Of a stretch of DNA of 64,000 nucleotides, positions 17,662 to 26,139 are shown piece by piece. The translations under genes and the position numbers were made by a program. The notes beneath the pieces are model-generated. The model was not told the origin of the DNA and did not search any database. It saw nothing but the letters and a program-made list of their open reading frames with translations. How positions within the stretch are numbered: position 1 is the stretch's first letter; every line of letters begins with the position of its first letter. This stretch comes from Myxococcota bacterium (lineage in GTDB: Bacteria; Myxococcota_A; UBA796; UBA9615; JAKLKC01): assembly GCA_023150875.1 (NCBI GenBank), contig JAKLKC010000015.1:21953-85952 (forward strand). The letters run 5' to 3'.

Positions 17662-19577
17662 TGGGCGCGTCCCGACTGGCGATGGGCGGAGCGGTCGCCG
17701 GGCTCGGCGCGGGGACCCTGGCCCTCGGGGCCTGCGTCGCCGCCAACCCGTGGTTCGCCGACGCGCCGGCGCTGGCCGTCGCCCTCTTCGGGCTGCTGCC
17801 CGCGGCCGGGGGCGCGGCGCTCCTCGGCGCCGCCGGCCTCGCGGCCCGCCGCGGTGGGGCGGCCTCCCCGAGGCGGGGGCGGGGCCCCGCGGCCTTGGCG
17901 GTCCTGTCCATCGCGCTGGTCGGCCTGGCGGTGTCGGGCACCCTCGTCCCCCGCCCCCCCTTGCACACGAAGATGCTCGTCTACGGCGTGGACGCGGCGA
18001 ACCTGGCCCTCATGGAGCCGATGATGAAGGCGGGGGAGCTCCCTCACTTCTCGCAGCTCGTGCGGGAGGGGGCCCACGGCACCCTCAAGTCCATGGAGCC
18101 CGTGATCAGCCCCGTGGTGTGGACCAACATCGCCACCGGGTATCCCCGGGAGCAGCACGGGATCTCGGGGTTCAAGACCCGCTCCGACGAGTGCCTGAAG
18201 CCGAGGATCTGGGACTACTTCGCCGACAAGGACCAGGTGGTGGGTACCTACAAGTGGCTGGTGACCTGGCCTCCCCAGGAGGTCACCGGCTTCCAGGTGC
18301 CGGGCTGGCTCGCCCAGGGCGCCGAGACGGTGCCCGAGGACCTCGGCTTCGTGAAGGAGTTCGAGCTGGGCAACCGCCAGAGCCACGACCGCAAGGGCCA
18401 CGACGCCTCCGGCCTGGGCTCCCAGCTCGCCTTCGTCCGGGAGGGGATCCGCCACGGACTCCGCCTGTCCACCCTCGCCTCGGCCGTCGGGTTCATCCTG
18501 AAGGCGAAGCTCGCCCCGGTCACGCCGGACGAGGGCTTCTACCGGATGAACGTCATCCGCTCGGCCATCGACCGGGACGTCTTCCACGGCCTGCTCGATC
18601 GCTTCGACCCCACGCTGGCGACCTTCACCTACTACCCCACCGACAACGTCACCCACCGCTTCTGGAAGTATTTCGAGCCCGAGGGCTTCCCCGACGTCAC
18701 CTCCGAGCAGGTGGAGCGCTTTCGGGACGTGGTCCCCGAGACCTACCGCCAGGCCGACCAGATCCTGGGGGAGCTGCTGGCGCGATTGCCCGCGGACGCC
18801 CACGTCGTGGTGGTCAGCGACCACGGGATGACGTCGGCCAACGCCGGCGGGGGATACTTCGCCTTCGGCCTGACCACCGGCGGCATCCAGCGCTTCCTGG
18901 CCGGGCGGGGCGCGAAGGTCGACGTTTCGAACATCGGCCAGAAGGTGTCGGTGGGGATCGCCAAGGACAGCCCCCTCGACGCGGCGGCGGTCGAGGCCGC
19001 CATCGGCGAGCTGACCTTCCGGGACCAGCCCCTGGTGAAGGTCGACGTCATCGATCCCGGCGGCCCCGGCACCCCCCCCCTCCTGGGCTTCTCCCTGGCC
19101 GTCCTGGACGACCTCCGGGCGGACATCGAGGCCGGCCGGCGGATCCAGGTCTCCGGGCAGGAGGGGCCGGCCCTCTCGGAGATGGTGGCCACCGTGGAGG
19201 CCCAGTCGGGCGTCCACACGCTGGACGGCGTGGTGATCGCCCGGGGACCGAAGGTCACCCCCTCGCCCGGCCGCATGGCCGACACCACCATCCTCGACGT
19301 GGCGCCCACGGTCCTCGCCCTCGCCGGGTTGGCCCCCGCCTGCGACATGCCGGGGAAGGTCATGCCCTTCTTCGGAGGTGCACCTCCCCCCTGCGACCCC
19401 CACGCCGAGGCCGTCGCGCTGGTGAACCGGGAGTGGCGGGAGGTCGGCCGGGACGCCGCCGGCCAGGCCGCCGTGGACGACATGCTCATCAAGCTCGGCT
19501 ACAAGACCGAGGGCACGCCCGGTGCCGGATCCGGCGCGGAGCCGGCGGGTGGTTCCGCCGGTGCCCCCACCCCGTGA
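17661..19577 (+). CDS. Alkaline phosphatase superfamily (nucleotide pyrophosphatase/phosphodiesterase-like) membrane protein
   Basis: N-terminal TMs; VYGVDAA, ISPVVWTNIATG, VVSDHGM, SGVHTLDGV, DVAPTVLAL, LIKLGY; ATG overlaps the upstream TGA. Confidence 0.85.
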   Translation: MGASRLAMGGAVAGLGAGTLALGACVAANPWFADAPALAVALFGLLPAAGGAALLGAAGLAARRGGAASPRRGRGPAALAVLSIALVGLAVSGTLVPRPPLHTKMLVYGVDAANLALMEPMMKAGELPHFSQLVREGAHGTLKSMEPVISPVVWTNIATGYPREQHGISGFKTRSDECLKPRIWDYFADKDQVVGTYKWLVTWPPQEVTGFQVPGWLAQGAETVPEDLGFVKEFELGNRQSHDRKGHDASGLGSQLAFVREGIRHGLRLSTLASAVGFILKAKLAPVTPDEGFYRMNVIRSAIDRDVFHGLLDRFDPTLATFTYYPTDNVTHRFWKYFEPEGFPDVTSEQVERFRDVVPETYRQADQILGELLARLPADAHVVVVSDHGMTSANAGGGYFAFGLTTGGIQRFLAGRGAKVDVSNIGQKVSVGIAKDSPLDAAAVEAAIGELTFRDQPLVKVDVIDPGGPGTPPLLGFSLAVLDDLRADIEAGRRIQVSGQEGPALSEMVATVEAQSGVHTLDGVVIARGPKVTPSPGRMADTTILDVAPTVLALAGLAPACDMPGKVMPFFGGAPPPCDPHAEAVALVNREWREVGRDAAGQAAVDDMLIKLGYKTEGTPGAGSGAEPAGGSAGAPTP

Positions 19578-20659
19578 GGGTCCTGGTCGCCTCCCGGCGC
19601 TTCCCCCCCGACGTCCGCAGCGGCACCGAGACCGTCGTCGAGAACCTCTGGCGGCGCTTCTCCCAGCACCACGAGGCCCGACTGGTGGCGGGGTTCCGCC
19701 ACGACCCGGCCTTGCTGCCCGACGGGGCGCGGAAGGTGGACCTGAGGGGGGGGAAAAAGCTGGCGAACTACCTGAAGCTCCAGGGAGCGGTGGCCGCCGA
19801 GGCCCTGAGGTTCCGCCCCGACGTGGTGCTCGCCAACTCCATCGAGGTGCCCACCCGCTTCGCCCCCACCGTCACCATCCTGTACGACTTCAACTTCGGC
19901 GGGGGCCAGGCGTCCAGCGGGCCCCTCTCCCAGGCCAAGAAGGCGTACTACCGCTACAAGACCGGGCGGATGACGAGGGGGGTGGCGATCTCCCGGGCCA
20001 CCCGGGACCGAGTGGTGGAGCTTGGGGTCGATCCCTCCCGGATCGAGGTGATCTACCCCGGGGTGGACACCGAGCGGTTCCGGCCCGATCCGGCGGTCAC
20101 CCTCCCGGCGGCGGGGGGTGGGCCCATCGTGCTCGCCTACCCCTCCCGCATCCTCGCCGGCAAGGGGCAGCACGTCGCCATCGAGGCGGTGAAGGGGCTT
20201 CCCGACCGGCTCCGGGAGAGGGTGGAGCTGCGGATCGTGGGGGCGGCGACGGATCCCGACTACCTCGCCCAGCTCCGGGAGAGGGCGAGGGGAGCGAACG
20301 TCACCTTCCACCTCGACGTGCCCGACATCGAGAGGTACTACCGCGAGGCCCACGTCGTGCTCTTCCCCACGTGCATGGAGGAGGGTTTCGGCTACACCGC
20401 CATCGAGGCCATGGCCTGCGGCAAGCCGGTGGTCTTCAGCCGGTGGGCGGCCGTGGAGGAGGCGACGGGGGGGATCGGCGTGCCGGTGCCCCAAGGGGAC
20501 GTCGGCGCTTTGGTGAAGGCGATCCTGGCCCTGCTCAAGGATCCGGAGCGCTGTCGGGAGTTGGGCGAAGCCGGAAGGAGGCACGTCGTCGAGAACTACT
20601 CGTGGGACGCGATCTTCACGCGGTATGAAACGGTGGTGCGGGAGGCGGCGGGCGGGTGA
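19574..20659 (+). CDS. Glycosyltransferase family 4
   Basis: MRVLVASRRFPP, VIYPGVDTERF, EEGFGYTAIEAMACGKPVV. Confidence 0.93.
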   Translation: MRVLVASRRFPPDVRSGTETVVENLWRRFSQHHEARLVAGFRHDPALLPDGARKVDLRGGKKLANYLKLQGAVAAEALRFRPDVVLANSIEVPTRFAPTVTILYDFNFGGGQASSGPLSQAKKAYYRYKTGRMTRGVAISRATRDRVVELGVDPSRIEVIYPGVDTERFRPDPAVTLPAAGGGPIVLAYPSRILAGKGQHVAIEAVKGLPDRLRERVELRIVGAATDPDYLAQLRERARGANVTFHLDVPDIERYYREAHVVLFPTCMEEGFGYTAIEAMACGKPVVFSRWAAVEEATGGIGVPVPQGDVGALVKAILALLKDPERCRELGEAGRRHVVENYSWDAIFTRYETVVREAAGG

Positions 20660-20688
20660 GGGCCCCCCCCAGGGACGGAGCGCGAGGC

Positions 20689-21924
20689 ATGGCGGTGACC
20701 CGTTACGAGTTCAGCGAGGGCCGGATCGACGTCCACGAGGCCTGGCGCCCCGAGGAGGTCCGGGCCGCGGTCCGGCAGATCCTGGGCGACTGGAGCCACG
20801 TCCTGCCCCAGGCCCGGGACGCCCGGATCCTCATCAAGCCCAACCTGAACAACGACCTCAACGCCCTGACGGGCAACAGCGCCGACCTCCGGGTCCTGGA
20901 GGCCGTCGTCCGGGACCTGCGGGAGCGGGGCTACACCGACATCACCATCGCCGACGGCTCCAACGTGGGCGTCCACCGCCGGGGCATCGACTCCCAGCGC
21001 CGCCTCCGGGTCGACCGCCTCGCCGAGCGCCACGGGGCCCGGCGGATCGACCTCAACCGCGCCCCCACGGTGAAGGTGAAGCTCAAGAAGGGCACGGCCG
21101 AGCTCGCCCGGCCGGTGCTGGAGGCCGACTTCCTCCTGTCCATCCCCAAGGTGAAGACCCACGCCGAGGCGGGCCTCAGCCTCAGCATGAAGAACTGGGT
21201 CGGCACCGCCTCGGGCCAGCAGAAGCGCCAGATCCACCTGGACCTCAACCGGAACATCGCTGCCCTCAACGAGACCATCCGGCCCCACCTGATCCTGATG
21301 GACGCGCTGGTGGGCATGGAGGGCAACGGGCCGGGGGACGGCACGCCCTTCCGCATGGGGCGGCTCGTCGTCAGCAACAACACGTGGCTCCACGACATCT
21401 TCGTGTGCCGCCTGGTGGACTTCCCCTGGGAGAAGCTGCGCTACCTGGGCCACGCCCTGGACGACGGGCGCTTCCGGCCCGGCCTGCCGTCGGAGGTGGC
21501 GGCGAAGGTGCCGGTGCTGCGGAGGATCCAGCCGGCGCCGCCGCGGTCCTCCCTGGCGGTGCTCTCCGAGAAGAAGGTCTTCCATCCCCTCAAGCTGGCG
21601 GTGCGCCCCCTGGTGGACCGGCCCGAGGTCGCCCAGCTCGCCTACCGGGCGCGGATCGTCCAGGACGTGTACGTGCGCGAGGACGACGGCGTGACCGGCT
21701 TCGTGCGCGACGCCGCCCGCTGCGGCGAGTGCCGGAAGTGCGAGGAGTTCTGCCCCGACGCCCTTAAGCTGGAGGCCATCGGGACCACCGAGCGGGGCCA
21801 GGGCTGCCTCGCCTGCCTCTACTGCTACTGGGCTTGCCCGGGCGGCGCGATCTCCCTCCAGGGTCCGCTGGGGTTCCTCGCCCCCCAGATCGACAAGTAC
21901 AAGGCGCGCATCGAGGCGCTGTAG
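20689..21924 (+). CDS. DUF362 domain protein with C-terminal 4Fe-4S dicluster ferredoxin
   Basis: ILIKPNL, PKVKTHAEAGLSLSMKN, DALVGMEGNGP; CGECRKCEEFCP and CLACLYCYWACP. Confidence 0.9.
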   Translation: MAVTRYEFSEGRIDVHEAWRPEEVRAAVRQILGDWSHVLPQARDARILIKPNLNNDLNALTGNSADLRVLEAVVRDLRERGYTDITIADGSNVGVHRRGIDSQRRLRVDRLAERHGARRIDLNRAPTVKVKLKKGTAELARPVLEADFLLSIPKVKTHAEAGLSLSMKNWVGTASGQQKRQIHLDLNRNIAALNETIRPHLILMDALVGMEGNGPGDGTPFRMGRLVVSNNTWLHDIFVCRLVDFPWEKLRYLGHALDDGRFRPGLPSEVAAKVPVLRRIQPAPPRSSLAVLSEKKVFHPLKLAVRPLVDRPEVAQLAYRARIVQDVYVREDDGVTGFVRDAARCGECRKCEEFCPDALKLEAIGTTERGQGCLACLYCYWACPGGAISLQGPLGFLAPQIDKYKARIEAL

Positions 21925-22059
21925 GACCGGCCGGGCGCGGACGGGACGTCGCCCCCCGGGACGGGGGGGCACCCGCCCCTGTGCATGCCGGGTGCGCCGG
22001 CTTATCCCCATGCGCAGGGGGGTCGCGGACGGCGGCGGGGACCGGGCTCGGGGGAGATC

Positions 22060-22566
22060 TTGCCCGAGTCCTGGCCAGCGCCCGCGAGTCCTTCGGCCCC
22101 GCTCCTCCCACGGGGGAGCGCCCTCGCCCTCGCCGCCGCCCTCGCCGCCGCCGGTTGCGAGCCGGATCCGGCGGCCATCCTCGGCCGCTTCGAGGCGCGG
22201 TACGGCCCCTTCGAGAGCTGTGGGGCGATCCCCGCCGACCCGGAGCCCGGCGCGGAGGCGACGGCGGAGGCGGCCGACGCCGGAGGGGAGGGGAGCTGCC
22301 TGCTGGCGGGCTGGCCGGCCTGCGACGCGCGCTCGGCGGCCCGGGACGACCTGGACCCCCACGGTCGGGCCGAGGGGACCCACTGGTACCTGGTGTCCAC
22401 CGGTGGAGAGTGCGACGTCGTGGTGTTCAACCACGGCGCGGACGTGGCGGGCCGGACCTGGATGACCCGCACCCTGTGCGAGGACCTGGTGCCCCAGCCC
22501 ATCGGCGAGGTGTACCTGCCCTTCGCCCTCGACCGGTGCGGCCTGCCCGAGGACGTCCGTTTCTGA
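22060..22566 (+). CDS. Putative Cys-rich lipoprotein
   Basis: Lipobox LAAAGC; several further Cys; TTG start estimated. Confidence 0.6.
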   Translation: MPESWPAPASPSAPLLPRGSALALAAALAAAGCEPDPAAILGRFEARYGPFESCGAIPADPEPGAEATAEAADAGGEGSCLLAGWPACDARSAARDDLDPHGRAEGTHWYLVSTGGECDVVVFNHGADVAGRTWMTRTLCEDLVPQPIGEVYLPFALDRCGLPEDVRF

Positions 22567-22670
22567 CGTGGCCCGGGTCCTGCACGCGGGAGGTGTGGGG
22601 CCCGCGCGGGGCGAGGGATCGACCGCCGCGGGATCCGCGGTGGGGGCGCCGGCGACGGAAGGGGTGGGTG

Positions 22671-24419
22671 ATGCTTCCCCAGGCTGGCTTGAGGGCCGCG
22701 GTCGTCGGGGTGTCGCTCCTGGCGGCCCTGGCCTTCGGCCCCCGCGGAGCGGGACCGGCGGACGAGGCGTCCGACCGGGTCCACGAGGACCCGATCCTCG
22801 GCTTCCGGTTCCTGTACCCGGGAGACTGGAGGGCGCGGGAGGTCCGGGACATCGGGCCCCAGGCGGTGGTGGAGGTCACCGCCCCCGGGGGCGCCTCGTG
22901 GATCGCGGTGCACGCCGCCCGCTCCGTCGACGGCGCCTTCGCGGCGCGGCGGCTGCGGACCCGCATGGACGTGAGGTTCCCCGGCGCCGCCGCGGAGCTG
23001 TCCTCGGCACCCGTCACCATCGCCGACCGGCGCGTGGACCACACCCGGGCGGACGTGAGGACCGAGCACGGCCCGGGGACCCTGGACTTCTACGAGATCG
23101 ACGTGGGGGGGCGCTCGTTCCTCATCGAGTTCGGGACGCTGGGGAGGCGGCGCCCGGGGGCCGACGAGGCGAGGGAGCGGTGGATCGAGGCGTTCGAGGT
23201 GAGGCCGATGGGCCACGAGCCCCGGGCGCGGGACCCGCTGGCGGGACAGTGGGATCTGGTCACCGTATCCACCCTTCCCGGCCGCACCCCCGTACCCCTG
23301 GGCTGGACGGTGCGGACGGGAGATCCGGAGCAGGCGGGCCTGCTGGCGGAGATGGACGACCCGGCGGGGCTGCTGGCGTGGGAGATCTACAAGCCGGACC
23401 TCGTCTCGCCCTTCGAGGGCCCCTTCGCCCTCATGGACCGCCTCGTGGCGACGCTGGGGGTGCACGGCTTCGTGATCGGCGGGACCGGCAGCCGGCGGAT
23501 CGCCGGCCAGCGGCTGCCCTTCGCGGAAGGCTACTACCAGTTCCGGGACGTGCCGTGCCGGGTGGCGATCTACGCCTTCCGTAGGGACGGACAGATCCTC
23601 CTCGGCTACCTCTCCCAGGTGTTGCCGGTCTCCTCGGCGCTGGAGGGGGTGGAGGAGAGCTTCGTCGCCCCCTATCTGTCGGCCGGTCCGGACGGTGTGG
23701 AGGGGGCCCTGGAGCGGGCCCGGGAGGCCATGGACGCCGGCCGCGCCGAGGCCAGTCTGGCCATCGTCGAGGAGAGGCTCCGGGTCCTGCCCAACGAGCC
23801 CGAAGCGGTGATGATGCGGATCGAGGCGCTGTCGGACCTGGGCCGCCACGACGAGGCCACCGCGTCGGCGCGGGCGCTGGAGGCGTCCGCGGACGGGATC
23901 CCCGGCATCGAGGCCCGGGAGCGGATGGTCGCGGTCGCGCTGGTGGCCCGGTCCCAGGCCGCCGCCGGACAGGGGCGGCTGGCGGAGGCCCGGGCGCTGG
24001 CGCGGGCGGCGGTGGCCTCGTCCCCCGGGGCGGCGTCGCTGATCGAGGCCCGAGCGATGCGGCTGGTCTCGGCGGGGCGCGGGGACGCGGCGCGGGCGGT
24101 GGTGGAGGGCCCGCTGCTGGAGAGGCCCGAGGACCCGGCGCTGCTCCGGGGGATGGCGTGGGTGCTGGCGACGGCCCCCGGGGCCGGGGCGCGGGACCCC
24201 GGGAGGGCGCTGGAGCTGGCCCGGCGGGCCGTCGCCGCCCAGCCGGGCTCCTTCCTCGGGTGGCGGGCCCTCGCCGCAGCCCTCCAGTCGGCCGGCCGCC
24301 TCCAGGAAGCGGTGCGGGCGCAGGAGGCGAGCGTCTCCGCCGACGACCTCCGACCCGAGGACGCCGGCCGGGAGTGGGACCGCCTGCGGCGCCTGCGGGA
24401 GCTCGCCGGAGAGCCCTGA
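22671..24419 (+). CDS. Secreted protein with PsbP-like domain(s) and C-terminal TPR repeats
   Basis: Signal peptide; GFRFLYPGDW motif; TPR-like helices including MAWVLATAP...RDPGRALELARRAV. Confidence 0.65.
   Translation: MLPQAGLRAAVVGVSLLAALAFGPRGAGPADEASDRVHEDPILGFRFLYPGDWRAREVRDIGPQAVVEVTAPGGASWIAVHAARSVDGAFAARRLRTRMDVRFPGAAAELSSAPVTIADRRVDHTRADVRTEHGPGTLDFYEIDVGGRSFLIEFGTLGRRRPGADEARERWIEAFEVRPMGHEPRARDPLAGQWDLVTVSTLPGRTPVPLGWTVRTGDPEQAGLLAEMDDPAGLLAWEIYKPDLVSPFEGPFALMDRLVATLGVHGFVIGGTGSRRIAGQRLPFAEGYYQFRDVPCRVAIYAFRRDGQILLGYLSQVLPVSSALEGVEESFVAPYLSAGPDGVEGALERAREAMDAGRAEASLAIVEERLRVLPNEPEAVMMRIEALSDLGRHDEATASARALEASADGIPGIEARERMVAVALVARSQAAAGQGRLAEARALARAAVASSPGAASLIEARAMRLVSAGRGDAARAVVEGPLLERPEDPALLRGMAWVLATAPGAGARDPGRALELARRAVAAQPGSFLGWRALAAALQSAGRLQEAVRAQEASVSADDLRPEDAGREWDRLRRLRELAGEP
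24360..24419 (+). repeat. 60-bp direct repeat, copy 1 (last 20 codons of the TPR gene)
   Basis: GACGCCGGCCGGGAGTGGGACCGCCTGCGGCGCCTGCGGGAGCTCGCCGGAGAGCCCTGA; matches 25437-25496. Confidence 0.97.
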
Positions 24420-24566
24420 GCCCGGGTGACTCGCCGTCCGCCCTGCTGCGCGTGCCGATACCGCGGCTGCGGCCGGTCTACTCGGGTTCCGCCCGGTCAG
24501 AGGGGGTCACCCCGCACCGGCGCTGCGGGCGACCTCGGCGGGGGCCGAGGCCGTCTTCGGGCGTCT

Positions 24567-24626
24567 GCCGACGGGTTGTAGAGACCGACGGTCCACTGGA
24601 CCCTCGGCCGCGACACCCCGTTCGGC
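24567..24626. repeat. 60-bp imperfect palindrome with attC-like ends
   Basis: GCCGACGGGTTGTAGAGACCGACGGTCC-ACT-GGACCCTCGGCCGCGACACCCCGTTCGGC; arms pair over 28 positions with 4 mismatches, 1 G-T pair and 1 bulge. Confidence 0.6.
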
Positions 24627-24709
24627 TTCACCCCTCGCTCCACCGTGGGAGTCCCGGCCTCGCTCGCGGTCGCCGCCCGCTCGCAACGGGGCTCACGAAT
24701 CACCCGGCC

Positions 24710-25159
24710 TCAGTCGAGGTCGCCGGGCGCCGTCACGAACGGGCTAATCACGCGGAGTCCGCCGAACTCCTGCCCGGCTTGGAGGTCCTCCGTCAGGAGG
24801 AACCGGGCCTCGGTCGCCTGGGCCGCGGCCATGATCAGGGCGTCCCACCAGGAAAGTTTGAACCGGTCCTGGACCTTCCACGCCTGGAGCATCAGCGAGG
24901 AATCGATGGGGACGGGACTCCAGAAGAGGAGGCTCCTGACGTGCCGTCGCGCCAACTCGGGGGGCATGGGAGGCTTGAGCTTCCGGGTGACGACGCTGTA
25001 GTACTCGTTCAGTACCTGCTGGCTGACGCGGCCCCGCCGGTGGGTGGCGATGGACCTCAGCCAGGAGATGGACCTCGCCTGCTTCTCGGGTTGTGATTCG
25101 TCTCGCGCGTAGACGAAGACGTTCGTGTCAACGAAGACGGGTGTCATCGTCGCGGTCAT
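24710..25159 (-). CDS. vapC: PIN-domain toxin (VapC family)
   Basis: VFVDTNVFVY, VSQQVLNEYY, LSWWDALIMAAA, LLTEDL. Confidence 0.95.
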   Translation of the reverse strand: MTATMTPVFVDTNVFVYARDESQPEKQARSISWLRSIATHRRGRVSQQVLNEYYSVVTRKLKPPMPPELARRHVRSLLFWSPVPIDSSLMLQAWKVQDRFKLSWWDALIMAAAQATEARFLLTEDLQAGQEFGGLRVISPFVTAPGDLD

Positions 25160-25376
25160 GGACTTCGTCGCGCGTGGGGTAGCGTGGCGACTCGTGGAAG
25201 GACCACCCGGGGCTGTCGAAGAAGTCCCTCATCGCCTCATCGTAGCCCGACTCCTCGATCATGCACTTCTTCAGCAGTTCGCCGACGAGCTTCGAGATGC
25301 TCGAGTCGTGCTGCGCCGCCCAGACCTTGGCCCACCGAGCGACGTTCTCGTCCACGCTGATCGTGATGTCCTTCAT
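25128..25376 (-). CDS. Ribbon-helix-helix antitoxin (CopG/DUF6364-like, VapB role)
   Basis: MKDITISVDENVARWAKVWAAQHDSSISKLVGELL; directly upstream of and overlapping the PIN toxin. Confidence 0.88.
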   Translation of the reverse strand: MKDITISVDENVARWAKVWAAQHDSSISKLVGELLKKCMIEESGYDEAMRDFFDSPGWSFHESPRYPTRDEVHDRDDDTRLR

Positions 25377-25382
25377 GTCACG

Positions 25383-25411
25383 AAGCTAGTGTTCCACGAG
25401 TCCCGCGTCAA
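25383..25411 (-). promoter_or_regulatory. sigma70 promoter of the VapBC module, probably leaderless
   Basis: Minus strand TTGACG-17 bp-TAGCTT, then 6 nt to the ATG at 25376; no RBS. Confidence 0.7.
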
Positions 25412-25436
25412 TCGACGCCTCCCCCCCGACCCCTTG

Positions 25437-25496
25437 GATGCCGGCCGGGAGTGGGACCGGCTGCGGCGCCTGCGGGAACTCGCCGGAGAGCCCTAG
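25437..25496 (+). repeat. 60-bp direct repeat, copy 2
   Basis: GATGCCGGCCGGGAGTGGGACCGGCTGCGGCGCCTGCGGGAACTCGCCGGAGAGCCCTAG; differs from copy 1 only at GAC/GAT, CGC/CGG, GAG/GAA and TGA/TAG. Confidence 0.97.
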
Positions 25497-25500
25497 AGGC

Positions 25501-26067
25501 TCAGGGCTGATCCGCCGAAGCTCGGAGGCCGCTCTCCCCGGGCGGCGGGGGCCGAGATGTCTGGCGCCCCGCCGCGGGACCGGACTCTTCTTCCGGGCCG
25601 ATCTCGATGCCGAGGTCCAGCTCGATCGCTCCTGCTGCCTCGTCTTCGGGACCCGCTCCCGGAGCGCCGTCGGCGTCCGCCGGCTCCAGGCGCGGGTCCT
25701 CCGCGGGGGGCGGTGGCTCCCGGGCCGCGCGCAGCTCGTCGGCGAAGAGGCGCCGGAGGCGCAGGCGCCGGTAGTGGGCCCGCAACTCAGTGGAGGTGAG
25801 CCGGCCGTCGCCGTCGGCGTCGGCGTCGGCGAACGCCTCCCGCCCGGCCTCGTCGTCGCTGACCAGCCGCCCGCCGGCCGCTTCGGTGGGAGAGAGGCTC
25901 CCGTCCCCGTCGCCGTCCGCCCGGACCACGGCGGCCCCCGCGGGATCTCCGAAGCCCGGGTCCCCGGCGTCCACCGCACCGGGGGTACCGGCACCGGCGA
26001 TCCCGAGGACCACGGCCGCGAGGCGCGCATCGAGTAGACAGGACGGGCGGGGCGTGCGGTGTGTCAT
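25501..26067 (-). CDS. EF-hand domain protein, probably secreted
   Basis: Two canonical loops DGDGDGSLSPTE and DADGDGRLTSTE; hydrophobic N-terminus. Confidence 0.75.
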   Translation of the reverse strand: MTHRTPRPSCLLDARLAAVVLGIAGAGTPGAVDAGDPGFGDPAGAAVVRADGDGDGSLSPTEAAGGRLVSDDEAGREAFADADADGDGRLTSTELRAHYRRLRLRRLFADELRAAREPPPPAEDPRLEPADADGAPGAGPEDEAAGAIELDLGIEIGPEEESGPAAGRQTSRPPPPGESGLRASADQP

Positions 26068-26139
26068 CGGCGGTCCATTCCCCCTCCCGTCTCATCGGCG
26101 CGCGGCGGAGGGACTGGAGCGGGCGAACGCCGTGCGGGG

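Larger units (their letters stand above)
24420..25436. mobile_element. Direct-repeat-bounded mini-island carrying VapBC (no integrase)
   Basis: Flanking 60-bp DRs, complete promoter-antitoxin-toxin unit and attC-like hairpin; TA genes look less GC-rich than the flanks by eye. Confidence 0.6.

Noticed and set aside
24497-24703. 68-aa ORF downstream of vapC
   Set aside because: It runs across the palindrome and GC hairpins and has no recognisable motif; more likely non-coding
25125-25496. ORF ending in the duplicated peptide DAGREWDRLRRLRELAGEP
   Set aside because: It is antisense to the antitoxin and its promoter; the shared tail is explained by direct-repeat copy 2
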